A stretch of 64,000 bases of DNA from Tubiluchus corallicola. Its lineage: Eukaryota > Animalia > Priapulida. Below the pieces are notes generated by a model. The model had not been told where the DNA came from, searched no databases, and saw only the letters and a program-made list of their open reading frames with translations. The first letter of the stretch is position 1. Each line of letters begins with the position of its first letter. The position numbers were made by a program, and so were the translations under genes. Shown here piece after piece: positions 63,247 to 64,000 of this stretch. The stretch is taken from positions 57,600 to 121,599 of the forward strand of contig JAQGDQ010000638.1 of assembly GCA_030141605.1 (NCBI GenBank), given 5' to 3'.

Positions 63247-63464
63247 TCTCTCTCTCTCTCTGTCTGTCTCTCTCTCTCTCTCTCTGTCTGTCTGCCTTTT
63301 GTGCTCAATCCAATTCTCTCTCTTTCTTCCTCTCTTCCTCTCTCTCTTTTGTCTCTTTCTCTCCCTCCTTCCCTCTTCCCTCAACCTCTCTGCTTCCCTC
63401 CCCTCTCTCTCCCTCTTCTTTCTCTCTCTCCCTCATCCCTTTCTCTCTCTCGCTCTCTTTCTCT
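63247..63464. repeat. CT-rich low-complexity tract
   Basis: Polypyrimidine and (CT)n. Confidence 0.9.
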
Positions 63465-63804
63465 GAGTTCAGGGCATTTAAAGTTACAAATTAATTTCTT
63501 GTACGCAAAGTTAGAACCGATTAATTACAACCAGAGAATAATTTTCATAGTTGCTTGTAATGTTTTGTCTGATTGTATAGAAATTTTTCACGCTCGTGGA
63601 TCATGGCCAAATTGTTCATTGCGTCTTTTTGCAAATTAAATTACTGGAAACTTCGATCATCTGTCAATTAATGGTCGAAGGTTAAACATAAAATCTTTCC
63701 CTGACAACAATTGATATCAGAATGGGTGCTAAGAGGCTTTTGGCATAGTTTAGGCTAAACTAACTGCTGTCTTTACTACTTTTCAAGGTAGATTAATTAT
63801 AAAA

Positions 63805-63960
63805 CTAGCAAAGGCCCCGCAAATATTTTTGCGCATTATTCCACTTATAATCAACAATGGGCGAACGTTCTACCTAGTGTTCGTTTATTTACCCAACGCA
63901 AAGCCAGCAACAGGCTTTACTGAATTAAAGTTACAAAGTTATAGGCAGAGTATAATGGAT
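63805..63960 (+). mobile_element. Start of an interspersed repeat (possibly Helentron/HINE-like)
   Basis: Reverse complement of 1075-1237. Confidence 0.55.
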
Positions 63961-64000
63961 AACAGAGTCACAACGATTGCTTTAAAAATCGACAATTTTA

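Overview
This is AT-rich animal (metazoan, probably invertebrate) nuclear DNA with GT-AG spliceosomal introns; it is not prokaryotic. Three protein-coding genes could be rebuilt by hand. (1) A minus-strand CCDC66-like centrosomal/ciliary coiled-coil gene: ATG at 28916, 12 phase-consistent exons down to 1333, 3' end beyond the left edge. (2) A plus-strand INTS6 (Integrator subunit 6) whose 904-aa CDS (34271-36985) has no introns, head-to-head with CCDC66. (3) A plus-strand 7-exon GT8 glycosyltransferase of the GXYLT type (48080-60300, about 376 aa) with altered conserved motifs. The rest is minisatellites, microsatellites, hAT/piggyBac/Tc-pogo MITEs (several with perfect TSDs), LINE fragments, a MetaSINE-like SINE and local duplications. 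I found no clear new multi-gene system. The best leads are a near-homogeneous 34-bp intronic satellite made of palindromic forkhead sites, an over-represented CTCF-like 12-mer, the intronless INTS6, the divergent GXYLT enclosed by direct repeats, and repeat arrays that copy splice sites. All homology calls come from remembered family motifs, not from searches.
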